DNA of 64,000 nt. Origin: Alphaproteobacteria bacterium. GTDB taxonomy: Bacteria; Pseudomonadota; Alphaproteobacteria; UBA8317. The position numbers were made by a program, and so were the translations under genes. A model generated the notes under the pieces. The model was not told where the DNA came from. It was given only the letters and a program-made list of their open reading frames with translations, and did not search any database. Shown piece by piece: positions 9,803 through 20,403 of this stretch (position 1 is the first letter of the stretch; each line of letters opens with the position of its first letter). The DNA is taken from contig JAYPQH010000032.1 of the NCBI GenBank assembly GCA_038131935.1, positions 179,302 to 243,301 of the forward strand. The letters run 5' to 3'.

Positions 9803-11452
9803 ATGATGACTGATGCAATTATCTTGGCTGCACAAAGTATTTTTCTTGATCCCGTCACGTTAGGGCTGATTGCTTTAGGGACTTTTAGCGGACTGATAGC
9901 AGGATCGATTCCCGGTTTTACGATCGCAATGGGTGTTATCCTCGTACTTCCATTTACCTTTGGGCTAAGCCCAATCCAAGGCGTTGCCACCATGATTGGC
10001 GTTTTCGTAGGAGGGCTTTCCGGAGGTTTGTTGTCCGGCATGCTGATTGGAATTCCTGGCACACCTTCTTCAGTTGCCACGACGTTTGATGGTTTTCCAA
10101 TGGTCCGTTCAGGACGAGCAGGTTTTGCTCTTGCCTTGGGCCTATGGTCATCTTTTTTCGGAGGAATCATCTCTGCTATTTTGTTGGTGACCCTAGCCCC
10201 TCAGCTTGCTTTTCTTGGTTTGGAATTTGGGCCTTGGGACTATTTTATGCTCATCGTCTTCGCCCTCACTATTGCTGTAAGTTTATCAAGTCAAAATATG
10301 CTCAAAGGCCTCACAGCAGGAATCTTGGGATTGATCGCCGCAACAGTTGGAGAAGATGAAATCAATGGTGTTGCACGGTTTTCTTTTGACACCGAGGCAC
10401 TCAGGCAAGGATTTGCTTTTTTACCGGTGCTGATTGGCCTGTTTGCCTTCTCTCAATTGCTGTCTGATGTAGAGGATAGAACCAAGGCAAAATCATCCAT
10501 GATGAATGCTGAAGGGGAATCTGTACGTATCGAGCATCTCCGCGCTATTCGAGAAATATTTTCTCGTTGGATTAATCTTGTTAGGTCTAGCCTGATAGGC
10601 GTGTTTGTTGGAATTCTACCAGCGGCTGGAGGTTCTATTTCCAATATTTTGGCCTATGATCAGGCACAGAAAGCATCAAAAGTCCCTGAACAATTTGGAA
10701 AAGGCGTATCAGACGGCGTTATAGCACCTGAAGCCGCCAACAATGCCACCGCGGGTGGGGCACTTATGATGATGATGGCCCTAGGTATCCCAGGTGATAT
10801 CGTGACCGCGGTCATGATCGGCGCTTTGATGATACATGACATTGTCCCGGGTCCAACCTTTATTCAAGACAAGCCTGTGTTGGCTTATGGTGTTTTTATA
10901 GCTTTTTTCTTTGCTAACTTTGTTATGGTCTTCATGATGTCTGGGGCATTGCGTGTATTTTTGAAGGTAGCGAGGGTTCGGCTAAATATTCTTGTTGCTG
11001 TCATATTGGCTTATTGTGCCTTTGGTGTTTTTGCCTTGCACAATATTGGCTTTGACCTCTGGGTGCTCTTTGGGTTCGGCATCGTTGGTTATATCATGAA
11101 AAAGCTTGGTTTCCCTCTAGCCCCGATGATTTTGGGTGTTGTGTTGGGGAAACTCGCTGAGATCAATCTCTCAAGAGCCTTGGCGATTTCTGATGATATC
11201 ATGCTATTTGTTTCTCGCCCTTGGTCATTATTTTTCTTCCTGCTTGCCATCGTGTCGGTTATTTTTCCATTTTTCCAGCAAGCACGTGACGAAAGCCTTT
11301 TGAAACGATTTTTTGTACCCTTGAGCTTGGTTGTTCTTGCTTTACCATTATTCGTAATGGACTCTTATACACGTATGATTGTTGGTATCTTGATGATTGT
11401 TTTTGCCGCATGGCAGCTTCGCAAGAAATCTTTCGTCCCTCAAAATGGTTAA
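9803..11452 (+). CDS. tctA: Tripartite tricarboxylate transporter large permease
   Basis: GSIPG, IGIPGTPSSVATTFDGFPM, GVIAPEAANNA, LGIPGD, PLAPMILG. Confidence 0.93.
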   Translation: MMTDAIILAAQSIFLDPVTLGLIALGTFSGLIAGSIPGFTIAMGVILVLPFTFGLSPIQGVATMIGVFVGGLSGGLLSGMLIGIPGTPSSVATTFDGFPMVRSGRAGFALALGLWSSFFGGIISAILLVTLAPQLAFLGLEFGPWDYFMLIVFALTIAVSLSSQNMLKGLTAGILGLIAATVGEDEINGVARFSFDTEALRQGFAFLPVLIGLFAFSQLLSDVEDRTKAKSSMMNAEGESVRIEHLRAIREIFSRWINLVRSSLIGVFVGILPAAGGSISNILAYDQAQKASKVPEQFGKGVSDGVIAPEAANNATAGGALMMMMALGIPGDIVTAVMIGALMIHDIVPGPTFIQDKPVLAYGVFIAFFFANFVMVFMMSGALRVFLKVARVRLNILVAVILAYCAFGVFALHNIGFDLWVLFGFGIVGYIMKKLGFPLAPMILGVVLGKLAEINLSRALAISDDIMLFVSRPWSLFFFLLAIVSVIFPFFQQARDESLLKRFFVPLSLVVLALPLFVMDSYTRMIVGILMIVFAAWQLRKKSFVPQNG

Positions 11453-11532
11453 GGATCAAACACCCTAAGCAAATGTCATGACGCCCTTTTTGCAAAAAAT
11501 GGTTCCTTAAATGAACGATAATGAGACATATT

Positions 11533-13985
11533 ATGAACAAAAACCTTGACTTTTTGGGTGCTGGTGACCCTGGAGCGCTGGATTTTCTGCTTCAACATCT
11601 CAATGGCAATACATCTCAAAAAGATTGGGATATATGGTTCGCACAATTCAGCTGGCTATATGCGGATATCAATCCACTCAAAAACCTAAACCGTTGCCAG
11701 AATTTGTTTCATCTGATCCCGATGCGAAGGGACATATAGAGCATTTTTGTGGTACAATTGGATGGGAAGTAGGCCATATTTTAAATGAAGAGAAACGCCA
11801 TTGGCTGCTTGACGCTGCCAAAACACAAAAGCAGTCATCTGTATTTACTGTAGCCGAAGCATTTGAACTTTTGTGTAAAGCAGAAGCATTTGAGGCGATT
11901 ACGAAAAAAAGGTTACCAACCATCAAGACCTTCTCTATGGAAGGAGGCGAAGGATTTCTCGTTGCCGTTGAATCGGTGATTAAGCATGCCCAAGAAATCA
12001 ATATTGTTCTTGGGGGTATGCATCGCGGCAGAATGACCCAAAATGCATTATTATTTGGGGCCAGCCCAGAAGATATGATTGGCCAAATTCAAGGCAAACC
12101 AGACCTGCCTTTTGACCTTGGAGCCTCCTCAGATGTGCCTTATCATTTGGGGGTTGCTGGCAAGCGCTCCGATGACAAGGTTATTTGGCTTTCCCCCCAC
12201 CCTTCGCATTTGTCCGTTGTTGCACCTGTTGCTATGGGTTATGCGCGCGGCCAAGAAGAACAATGCTTAAGCATTATGTTGCATACAGATGCTGCGTTTG
12301 CAGGCCAAGGAGTTAACATGGAGTTGCTCCAATTATCAGGCCTAGACGGTTATCACGTTGGTGGAAGTATCCATTTGATTTTAAATAATCAAATTGGCTT
12401 TACAACATTAGAAGAACAAGCTCGAACAGCAAGAAATAGCAGTGACATAGCTCGTATGCTCGACATACCTATATTACATGTTCATGGGGATGATATTGTA
12501 AGTCTCATAAAAGCCGGTTTTATTGCGGTAGAATACAGACGACAATTTGCCACGGATGTTGTCATTGAAGTACTGTGCACAAGGCGGCGCGGTCATAACG
12601 AGATTGATGACCCAAGCTATACAGCGCCTATTATGCAACAGCAAATTGATGCACGCCCTCCCATCACAACCATCACCCAGCGAAAATATCAACTGACACA
12701 ACCCGACATTTCTGATTTTAACCAGCGGATTAATGATGCATTCAATTTGGATAATCTTTCAACAGATAACCAAATTCCAGATGCCCCTGGCCTGGTAAAT
12801 GATGTTGAAGCGGTATTATGCAAACCAGTTAAAACTGGCATCATGTTAGACAAACTCATTCAAATTGGGGAACAACTAACGACTTGGCCTCATGAATTCA
12901 CCATTCACCCACGGGTGGCTCAATTGCTCACCAAACGAGCTGAAGCGTTGCGTTCACATGGCAAAATAGATTGGGGGTTTGCCGAAACATTGGCTTTGGG
13001 TGGTTTGCTTGATGAAGGCTATTCCGTAAGGCTTTCCGGCCAAGATACTGTACGTGGTGCCTTTTCCCAGCGTCATTTGCATATCTATGATCAGAATGTC
13101 GGAACCTCTTTCGAACCTTTGTCCCAGCTTGGTGACGCAGAAATATTTAATTCACCTTTGATTGAGAATGCTGTGCTTGGGTTTGAATATGGTCTTAGTG
13201 TGTCGGCCCCTAACAAATTGGTCATTTGGGAGGCACAATTCGGTGATTTTCTGAATGTTTGCCAAGCCATGTTTGATCAATTTGTAACAGGCGGTGAAGA
13301 TCGTTGGTTGCAACAATCTCGGCTTGTTATGCTTCTTCCTTATGGTTTTGACGGAGGTGGCCCAGACCATTCAACCGGGCATATTGAAAGGGTGTTATCA
13401 AGAGCAGCGCGAGGTAATGTTCGTGTTGCCAATCCAACCACACCAGCCAATTATTTTCACCTTCTTCGTCGTCAAATGCATGACCATCTGGCCAAACCAT
13501 TGGTTGTTTTTTCCCCTAAGCTTCTCCTAAGACATCCTCTGTGCCTCTCAGATGTTGATCACTTCACCAAAGGTCATTTTGAAACTTTCAAGACTTGGAA
13601 TATTGAAAATGCACAACAGATTGCATTTTGTCATGGTAAAATGGCCGTTCGCATGCTTGAGGAGTGCAACAAGCGTGATTGTCATGATTGGGGTATCGTT
13701 TCACTCGAACAACTTTATCCCTTGGACAGAAATAATTTATTGAAATTAAAAGAGCTTCTTTCAACTAAGAAATTATTCTTTGTTGAAGAAGAACCCGCCA
13801 ACCTAGGGGCTTTTACATATCTCGATAGAAAGTTGGAATCTATATTCCAACAAACCTTTCATCGTATTGGTCGGCCCGAAGCTGCATCACCCGCTGTTGG
13901 GTGGAAAAGTTGGCATGACAAAGAAGAAAACTTACTTTGGACACAAATATTTGGGAACAATAATCATGACAAAATTGCCAGATGA
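11533..13985 (+). CDS. Divergent 2-oxoglutarate dehydrogenase E1 (SucA/Kgd)-like ThDP enzyme (frameshift near 11680)
   Basis: MHRGR, DVPYHLG, PSHL, HTDAAFAGQGV, NNQIGFTT, GHNEIDDP, RLSGQD, VLGFEYG, WEAQFGDF, GPDHS; about 817 aa. Confidence 0.85.
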
Positions 13986-14619
13986 GATCATTGAACGGCT
14001 GAAGAAGCTTGCCACCCCAACCATTGCGAACGCAATTGATGAAATTGGCCAAGGCGGTATCATGAAAGGTATTCACGCTGTAGGCGCAGGTTTTAAATGT
14101 GCGGGACGCGCCGTAACCGTTCGTCAAGTGACAGGGCCATTAGGAAGTTTCAAAGTTGAGGACTTTCGGGTTGGTCATATGATCGATGCAGCAGGTCCTG
14201 GTGATATTATTGTGGTCGCCAATGGTGGTGCGGAGGTGTCCACATTTGGGGGCATGGCAGCCTATGCTGCAAAACATCGCGGTATTGAGGGACTGGTTGT
14301 CGATGGGGGTGTAAGAGACCGTGAAGAAATTATCGAGTTTGGTTTTGATGTTTTTTCTGTCCATGTCACCCCTACTCCTGGAAAAACGCGTTTGAAAGTT
14401 GAGCAAATCAATGAAACGATTGTAGCTTGTGGGGTAACGGTTAATCCAGGTGACGCAATACTCGCTGATGGTAGTGGTGTTGCGGTTCTACCTCGAGATC
14501 ATGCTGAGCACATCATCACCTTAGCGGAAGGGTATGCACGCGATGATGAAAAGGCTTTGGAAGAATTGGCAAATGGCCTAAGCTTTACTGAGGCCTTAAA
14601 GAAATTTGCCAAAATTTAA
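13966..14619 (+). CDS. RraA / 4-hydroxy-4-methyl-2-oxoglutarate aldolase family protein
   Basis: AGRAVTV, PGDIIVV, FGGM, VDGGVRD, VNPGDAILADGSGV; ATG 13966 overlaps the end of the E1 gene. Confidence 0.88.
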   Translation: MTKLPDEIIERLKKLATPTIANAIDEIGQGGIMKGIHAVGAGFKCAGRAVTVRQVTGPLGSFKVEDFRVGHMIDAAGPGDIIVVANGGAEVSTFGGMAAYAAKHRGIEGLVVDGGVRDREEIIEFGFDVFSVHVTPTPGKTRLKVEQINETIVACGVTVNPGDAILADGSGVAVLPRDHAEHIITLAEGYARDDEKALEELANGLSFTEALKKFAKI

Positions 14620-14723
14620 GGTGCTTCATGAGTTCAAGGTTCACATGTCATAGACTTTGGTCTATGTGATGGAGCTGTTTATTGGGATAACCCCCAATGA
14701 ATCATCTAAAAAGGGAGAGTATA

Positions 14724-15767
14724 ATGATCAGAACAGTTACCAAAGCCCTCGTTATTGTTGGGGTGGCAAGTTCACTCAGCATGGGCACGGCTTTGGCTGG
14801 CGGCCATGGCGCCACAGTCGAAGGACCAAAAGTTTTTTGGAAACTTTCAACATGGGGAAACCCACGTGCATTTACCAAAGGTATTGAACACCTATCCGAG
14901 CAGTTGGCCAAAAAAACAGGCGGCAACTTTACCTTAAAGATTTTTTACGGTGGACAGCTGTCAAAGAACAAGGAAAACCTTGACGGTTTGAAGGCAAATG
15001 CCTTCGAAATGGCAACATTTTGTAACTTTTATCACCCCGGCAAAAACCCGGCTTTGATGGTTATGACCATGCCATTTTTACCTGTGAAAGATTTTGATTC
15101 AGCTGCACGTGTGCGCCGTGGACTTTATGAGCATCCCATCGTCAAAGAAGAAATGGCGAAATGGAATGCGATGTATTACGAGTCAAGTCATCTTCCACAA
15201 TATGAATTTGTTGGTAAAGGTGATGCCCCTATGACACTTGAGGGTTTCAAGGGTATGCGCGTTCGTGCCGGTGGTGGCGTTGGTGTCGCCATGGAAGTTT
15301 TGGGCGCGACACGCCAGTCCATGCCAGCACCTGAAGTCTATACCGCAATGCAGCGTGGTACCGTTGACGCCGCATCATTCCCCTTCTCTTATGCTCATGG
15401 TGCATACAAAACTTTTGAAATTGGCGACTGGTTCACGTCTAATCTGTCTCCTGGCACCTCAGATTGCCCCATCGTTGTAAACAAAACAGCTTTTGATAAT
15501 CTTCCAAAACAGTATCAAGACCTCATGATGGGTATGCGTGATGAAGTGATGGAAGTTTATCGTAACGCATACAAAGCAGCGGATGAAAAATATCTGCCAA
15601 TGTTCCGTGCTAAATTAAAAGAAATCACCTACTCAGATGCAGAGCTTGCTCGTTTCCAGGAACTGGGTGGTCGTCCTGTTTGGGACAAGTGGGTTGCAGA
15701 CAACAAGGATAAGTTTGATGCTCAAGCGATCCTTGACCTAACACTCAAACTTGCTAAGGGCGAATAA
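14724..15767 (+). CDS. dctP: TRAP transporter solute-binding protein (DctP family)
   Basis: Signal peptide (ALA|GGH); TGGNFTLKIFYGGQL, KGMRVR, EVYTAMQRGTVDA; GGGAG RBS. Confidence 0.92.
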   Translation: MIRTVTKALVIVGVASSLSMGTALAGGHGATVEGPKVFWKLSTWGNPRAFTKGIEHLSEQLAKKTGGNFTLKIFYGGQLSKNKENLDGLKANAFEMATFCNFYHPGKNPALMVMTMPFLPVKDFDSAARVRRGLYEHPIVKEEMAKWNAMYYESSHLPQYEFVGKGDAPMTLEGFKGMRVRAGGGVGVAMEVLGATRQSMPAPEVYTAMQRGTVDAASFPFSYAHGAYKTFEIGDWFTSNLSPGTSDCPIVVNKTAFDNLPKQYQDLMMGMRDEVMEVYRNAYKAADEKYLPMFRAKLKEITYSDAELARFQELGGRPVWDKWVADNKDKFDAQAILDLTLKLAKGE

Positions 15768-15794
15768 ACGCTCCCTTTGGTTGTTAAAATAAGA

Positions 15795-15823
15795 TTGGGG
15801 TCTGATGGTCTATTGGACCCCAA
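15795..15823 (+). terminator. Stem-loop after dctP
   Basis: TTGGGGTC...GACCCCAA inverted repeat. Confidence 0.55.
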
Positions 15824-15902
15824 AAAATTTGCCAAAAAATTTGATTGAATAGCTGGCAAAAAAATCAAATGTTACAGGGCTGTTTCCAAGAGGAGATCGA
15901 AT

Positions 15903-16529
15903 ATGGCCGGCACATCAGAGCATACGGAAGTGAACACTCCGGTTGGTTTTTTCCCTACCATTCTAGCGAAACTAGAAGATATGCTTAATATAGTTGCAGC
16001 CGTGACAATCTTTGCGGTCATGCTACTCACCACCGCCGGTATAGTTTCACGTATTCTTGGCGCCCCCATCCCAGCTTATTTGGAGATCTCCGAACTAGCG
16101 ATCGCCATTTTTGCTTTTCTTGGTGTAGCCTATGCACAAAGACTAGGTACGCATATTCGGCTCGATATGATCGTGAAAAATGCACCAGGTTCACTCCGCT
16201 GGTTCATTGAATTGCTTGGAAGTGTTGTCAGCTTGTTGCTGGTCTTGGTCTTGATACGTTATTCTTGGGACTTTTTCTTAAACGCCTATCATATAGGTGA
16301 CAGTACATATGACTATGAGATCCCGACTTGGCCAGCGAAGCTTTTGGTACCCTTCGCATTCAGCGTTTGGGCCTTGCGCATCTTGGTAGAAATTTTTGGT
16401 TATTTTGAGCTCATCATTTCTCCAAACAATCGTCCTAGAAACGTTCCCCTCACATTGTCACCTGAGGAAGAAGCCCGACTAGAGATTGAACAATCTTCCA
16501 CATCAACCGATGGTTCTCGTAACCAATAG
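15903..16529 (+). CDS. dctQ: TRAP small permease (DctQ)
   Basis: Four TM segments, AYAQRLGTHIRLD, PTWPAK. Confidence 0.9.
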   Translation: MAGTSEHTEVNTPVGFFPTILAKLEDMLNIVAAVTIFAVMLLTTAGIVSRILGAPIPAYLEISELAIAIFAFLGVAYAQRLGTHIRLDMIVKNAPGSLRWFIELLGSVVSLLLVLVLIRYSWDFFLNAYHIGDSTYDYEIPTWPAKLLVPFAFSVWALRILVEIFGYFELIISPNNRPRNVPLTLSPEEEARLEIEQSSTSTDGSRNQ

Positions 16530-16562
16530 GCGTCACACCAACCACCCATTAGAAGGATCACC

Positions 16563-17975
16563 ATGTTGGATATCAGTGCATTGATCGCAGGCCAACCAGA
16601 GGCCATTTTTGGTATTGGATATGCAGACACCGCGACGGTGGGGATGTACTGTATGATCTTACTCCTCATCCTCGTCGCAATGGGCGTGCGCGTTGTATTC
16701 GCAGCAGGAATTACAGGTCTCGTTGGCTTGGTAGAATTGATTGGCTGGAGTGGAGCTGCAGCGACCGTTGGCTCGATTCCCTACTCCAAATCGGTATCGT
16801 TTGTATTGGGGCTCTTGCCCATGTTCATTCTCATTGGATACCTCGCGTTTCACGCTGGTATGACGCGGCAACTTTTCCATGCCTCTAAAGTATGGTTGGG
16901 TTGGGTGCCAGGAGGTATGGCCGTCGCAACTGTCTTTGCTGCTGCTGGTTTTGCAGCTGTTTCTGGTGCATCAGTCGCCACGGCAGCCGTTTTTGCGCGC
17001 GTGGCCATCCCAGAGATGTTGGAAGCAGGATACAAAAAGACTTTAGCAGCGGGTGTTGTCGCAGCAGGCGGCACTCTTGCAACCCTTATTCCCCCATCTG
17101 CTATTTTGGTCATCTATGCCATCATTGTTGAGGAGTCCGTGGGGGCCCTCCTGATCGCAGGTTTTTTACCCGGTGTCTTCTCCGCCATTATTTATGGACT
17201 AATTATTATCATCTGGGCCAAATTAAACCCAGATGCAGGTCCTGCTATAACAGGCTTTACCTGGGGAGATCGAATACGTGCTTTACCGGGCTTACTTCCC
17301 ATTATGGCGGTTGCTATCATCATTATCACGGCTGTTTATGATGGTTGGGCAACACCAACAGAAGCAGGCGCCTTAGGTGCATTTATTGTACTTATCACAG
17401 CCTTTTTGAATGGCATGAGGTGGCCTGCATTAAAAGCAGCTCTGATGGAAACATCTAAGCTCGTTGTTATGATTTTTTGTTTGATTTGGGGCGTTCTGAT
17501 ATTTGGTCGTTTCTTAGGATTTTCAGCTGTGCCAGAGGCCTTTGCCAATTGGATTCTATCGTTAGACCATGATCCTTACGTCATCTTATTTGCGATACTT
17601 ATGGGATATGTGATCTTGGGAATGTTCATGGATGCCATTGGCCTACTTTTGCTCACACTGCCTGTTGTTTACCCTGCTGTTATGGCCCTCAATGGCGGTG
17701 AGTATGTTACCGCGGAAGACAGTGCATTTGGCATGACAGGCGCCCAAGCAAGTATCTGGTTCGGGATAATTGTTGTTAAAATGGCGGAAGTTTGTTTGAT
17801 CACCCCCCCCATTGGACTCAATTGTTTTGTGGTGAACGGTGTGAGGCCAGACATACCTCTTACCGATGTATTTAAAGGCATTGCTTTGTTTTTCGTGGCT
17901 GATGTGTTAACAATTATTGGGCTGATATTCTTTCCAGCTATTATCACATACTTACCGGATCAAATGTTTAACTAG
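16563..17975 (+). CDS. dctM: TRAP large permease (DctM)
   Basis: AAVSGASVATA, GGTLATLIPPS, TPTEAGA, LITPPIGLN. Confidence 0.93.
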   Translation: MLDISALIAGQPEAIFGIGYADTATVGMYCMILLLILVAMGVRVVFAAGITGLVGLVELIGWSGAAATVGSIPYSKSVSFVLGLLPMFILIGYLAFHAGMTRQLFHASKVWLGWVPGGMAVATVFAAAGFAAVSGASVATAAVFARVAIPEMLEAGYKKTLAAGVVAAGGTLATLIPPSAILVIYAIIVEESVGALLIAGFLPGVFSAIIYGLIIIIWAKLNPDAGPAITGFTWGDRIRALPGLLPIMAVAIIIITAVYDGWATPTEAGALGAFIVLITAFLNGMRWPALKAALMETSKLVVMIFCLIWGVLIFGRFLGFSAVPEAFANWILSLDHDPYVILFAILMGYVILGMFMDAIGLLLLTLPVVYPAVMALNGGEYVTAEDSAFGMTGAQASIWFGIIVVKMAEVCLITPPIGLNCFVVNGVRPDIPLTDVFKGIALFFVADVLTIIGLIFFPAIITYLPDQMFN

Positions 17976-17987
17976 AGGATAATTTCC

Positions 17988-19223
17988 TTGCAGCCTCTTA
18001 CAAATTACGCACCGCGTGATATCACGCGGGCGAGCATGGCCATTGTAGCTTTTTGCTTTTTCATGCACATGCTTGCACGCGGTTTGTCTGAGACAATAGC
18101 GGTTTTTCTACTTCCTGTAACCCAAGACATGGGCTGGTCTAGGACCGAATTCAGCTCCATTTATGCAATATTTATGGCAACCCATGGTATTACAGCGCCC
18201 TTTATTGGTGCTATGTTTGATCGTTTCGGGCCCAAATGGATTTATATTCCAGCCATCATTTGCCTCGGACTTGGGTATCAAATTGCCTCACATATGCAAC
18301 ATCTTTGGCATGCACAACTTGGGTTAGGGATTTTAATAGGTTTGGCCGTGTCGGGTATGGGTATGGCCGTGGCAACTGGAGTTATAAGCCGATGGTTTGA
18401 TAAAAACCTCACCATTGCAACATCAATTACCTATGCTGGCATGTCCGTTGGCATGATTGCTGTGGCGCCATTATCACAAGAATTAATTGAAACTTTTGGA
18501 TGGCGTGACGCATATTTTTACCTGAGTCTACCACCGCTGATCCTAGCGCCCTTGCTTATTTTGCTGCCTTGGAAACGGATTACTTTTGGTTATAAAAATC
18601 AAAAGCCTATGACTTCTAAAAGATTTCTTATCCCTGCTTATGTTTTGAAACAACCTACTTTTTGGGGTTTGTTTATTAGCTTTTATGCGACTGCTGTTGC
18701 CATCTGGAACAGTGTTCTGCAAATCGCCGCTTACCTCGTTGAAATTGGCTTTTCACCAATCTTAGCAGCTACTGGTTTTGGGACCATGGGTGCCATGAGT
18801 ATGGTCGGGATGCTGTTGGTTGGCTACCTTGCAGACCGATATCAGCGACATTGGGTGATCACCATTAGTTTTTTGATGACCGTTTTAGGCATTATTTGCA
18901 TTTGGCTTCTGCAATTCACACCAACGATAAGTATGATGTTTATCTCTGTCATGATGTTTGGATCTACCATGGGGTCAAGAGGGCCTGTTATATCCGCATT
19001 GGTGGCAAAATTGTATCCTCAAATGGTTGGGGCAGTTTACGGTATGATTACCATCGCATTTGGACTTGGTGCCGCCACGGGCGGTATGCTTTCAGGCTTT
19101 CTACATGACGTAAGTGGTGGTTATGATGTGGTGTTTGCTGCTTCAATAATCGCATGCCTGATAGGTCTTGCACCTTATTGGATTCTATATACCTTAAAAT
19201 ATGGACGTTGGCCTCACAGTTGA
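17988..19223 (+). CDS. MFS transporter
   Basis: About 12 TM segments; motif A-like GAMFDRFGPK and GYLADRY. Confidence 0.85.
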   Translation: MQPLTNYAPRDITRASMAIVAFCFFMHMLARGLSETIAVFLLPVTQDMGWSRTEFSSIYAIFMATHGITAPFIGAMFDRFGPKWIYIPAIICLGLGYQIASHMQHLWHAQLGLGILIGLAVSGMGMAVATGVISRWFDKNLTIATSITYAGMSVGMIAVAPLSQELIETFGWRDAYFYLSLPPLILAPLLILLPWKRITFGYKNQKPMTSKRFLIPAYVLKQPTFWGLFISFYATAVAIWNSVLQIAAYLVEIGFSPILAATGFGTMGAMSMVGMLLVGYLADRYQRHWVITISFLMTVLGIICIWLLQFTPTISMMFISVMMFGSTMGSRGPVISALVAKLYPQMVGAVYGMITIAFGLGAATGGMLSGFLHDVSGGYDVVFAASIIACLIGLAPYWILYTLKYGRWPHS

Positions 19224-19234
19224 GGGAGAAAGAT

Positions 19235-20386
19235 ATGGATAACTTTCAAGATATTAAAGATGCCATTCATAAACTGATGGAAGGCTTCGGGGAAGAATAT
19301 TGGATGGCATGCGATCGCGACAGTCGATTTCCTGAAGAATTTCGTGAAGCCATCGTAAAATCGGGTTGGTTGGGTATTGCAGTACCTGAAGCGTATGGTG
19401 GATCAGGCCTTGGCCTTCGTGAAGGTATTGTTATGATGGAAGCTGTGGCAAATTCACCAGGTGCTATGTCTGCAGCCTCAAGCATCCATATGGATATCTT
19501 TGGCCCCAAAAGTATTGTTCATCATGGGTCAGAAACGCAAAAACAAGAATGGTTACCTCAAATTATTTCAGGTACATTACGAACATGCTTTGGTGTGACA
19601 GAGCCTGATGCTGGTCTTGATACAGGATCCATTACAACCAGTGCCCATCGTGATGGTGATCACTATATTATACGGGGAAGAAAAATTTGGACCTCAACAG
19701 CCCAACAAGCTGACCGTGTTATTCTCCTTGCACGTACAACGCCCAAGGAAGACTGCAAAAAATCTACAGATGGCCTGAGTCTATTTTTTGCGCCCCTTGA
19801 CCGGCGTTACGTTACGATTCAAGAAATTCCCAAAATGGGGCGCCATGCGGTGAATTCTAACATGGTGTTCTATGATGAATTACCTGTCCCAGCGTCCTGT
19901 CTTATTGGTGAGGAAGGACAAGGTTTTCGTATCCTGATTGATAGCTTGAACCCAGAAAGATGCCTTGTGGCTGCTGAAGCTATTGGGATTGGACGACAGG
20001 CTCTAAAAAGGGCTTGCATGTATGCCCGTGAGCGAGAAGTCTTTGGTCGTCCTATTGGCACAAACCAATCTATTCAACATCCCCTTGCAGAGAGTTACGC
20101 TGAACTTGAAGCGGCATGGCTGATGACGCAGAAGGCAGCAGACTTATATGATCAAGGGTTATCATGCGGGATAGAGGCCAACAGTGCTAAATATCTAGCT
20201 GGCGAAGCAAGCTTTAAAGCCTGTGAACGCGCCATTTTAACCCATGGCGGTATGGGGTATGCGAAAGAATACCATGTCGAGCGATTGATGAGGGAGGTCT
20301 GGATAAACCGTATTGCTCCCGTCTCTCAACAAATGGTTCTCAACTTCATCGCAGAACGTGCTTTGGGACTACCTCGTAGTTATTAA
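19235..20386 (+). CDS. Acyl-CoA dehydrogenase family protein
   Basis: PEAYGGSG, FGVTEPDAGLD, GRKIWTS, LNPER, REVFGRPIG, HGGMGYAKEYHVER, LGLPRSY. Confidence 0.92.
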   Translation: MDNFQDIKDAIHKLMEGFGEEYWMACDRDSRFPEEFREAIVKSGWLGIAVPEAYGGSGLGLREGIVMMEAVANSPGAMSAASSIHMDIFGPKSIVHHGSETQKQEWLPQIISGTLRTCFGVTEPDAGLDTGSITTSAHRDGDHYIIRGRKIWTSTAQQADRVILLARTTPKEDCKKSTDGLSLFFAPLDRRYVTIQEIPKMGRHAVNSNMVFYDELPVPASCLIGEEGQGFRILIDSLNPERCLVAAEAIGIGRQALKRACMYAREREVFGRPIGTNQSIQHPLAESYAELEAAWLMTQKAADLYDQGLSCGIEANSAKYLAGEASFKACERAILTHGGMGYAKEYHVERLMREVWINRIAPVSQQMVLNFIAERALGLPRSY

Positions 20387-20403
20387 AGAACTGATATTGG
20401 GGG

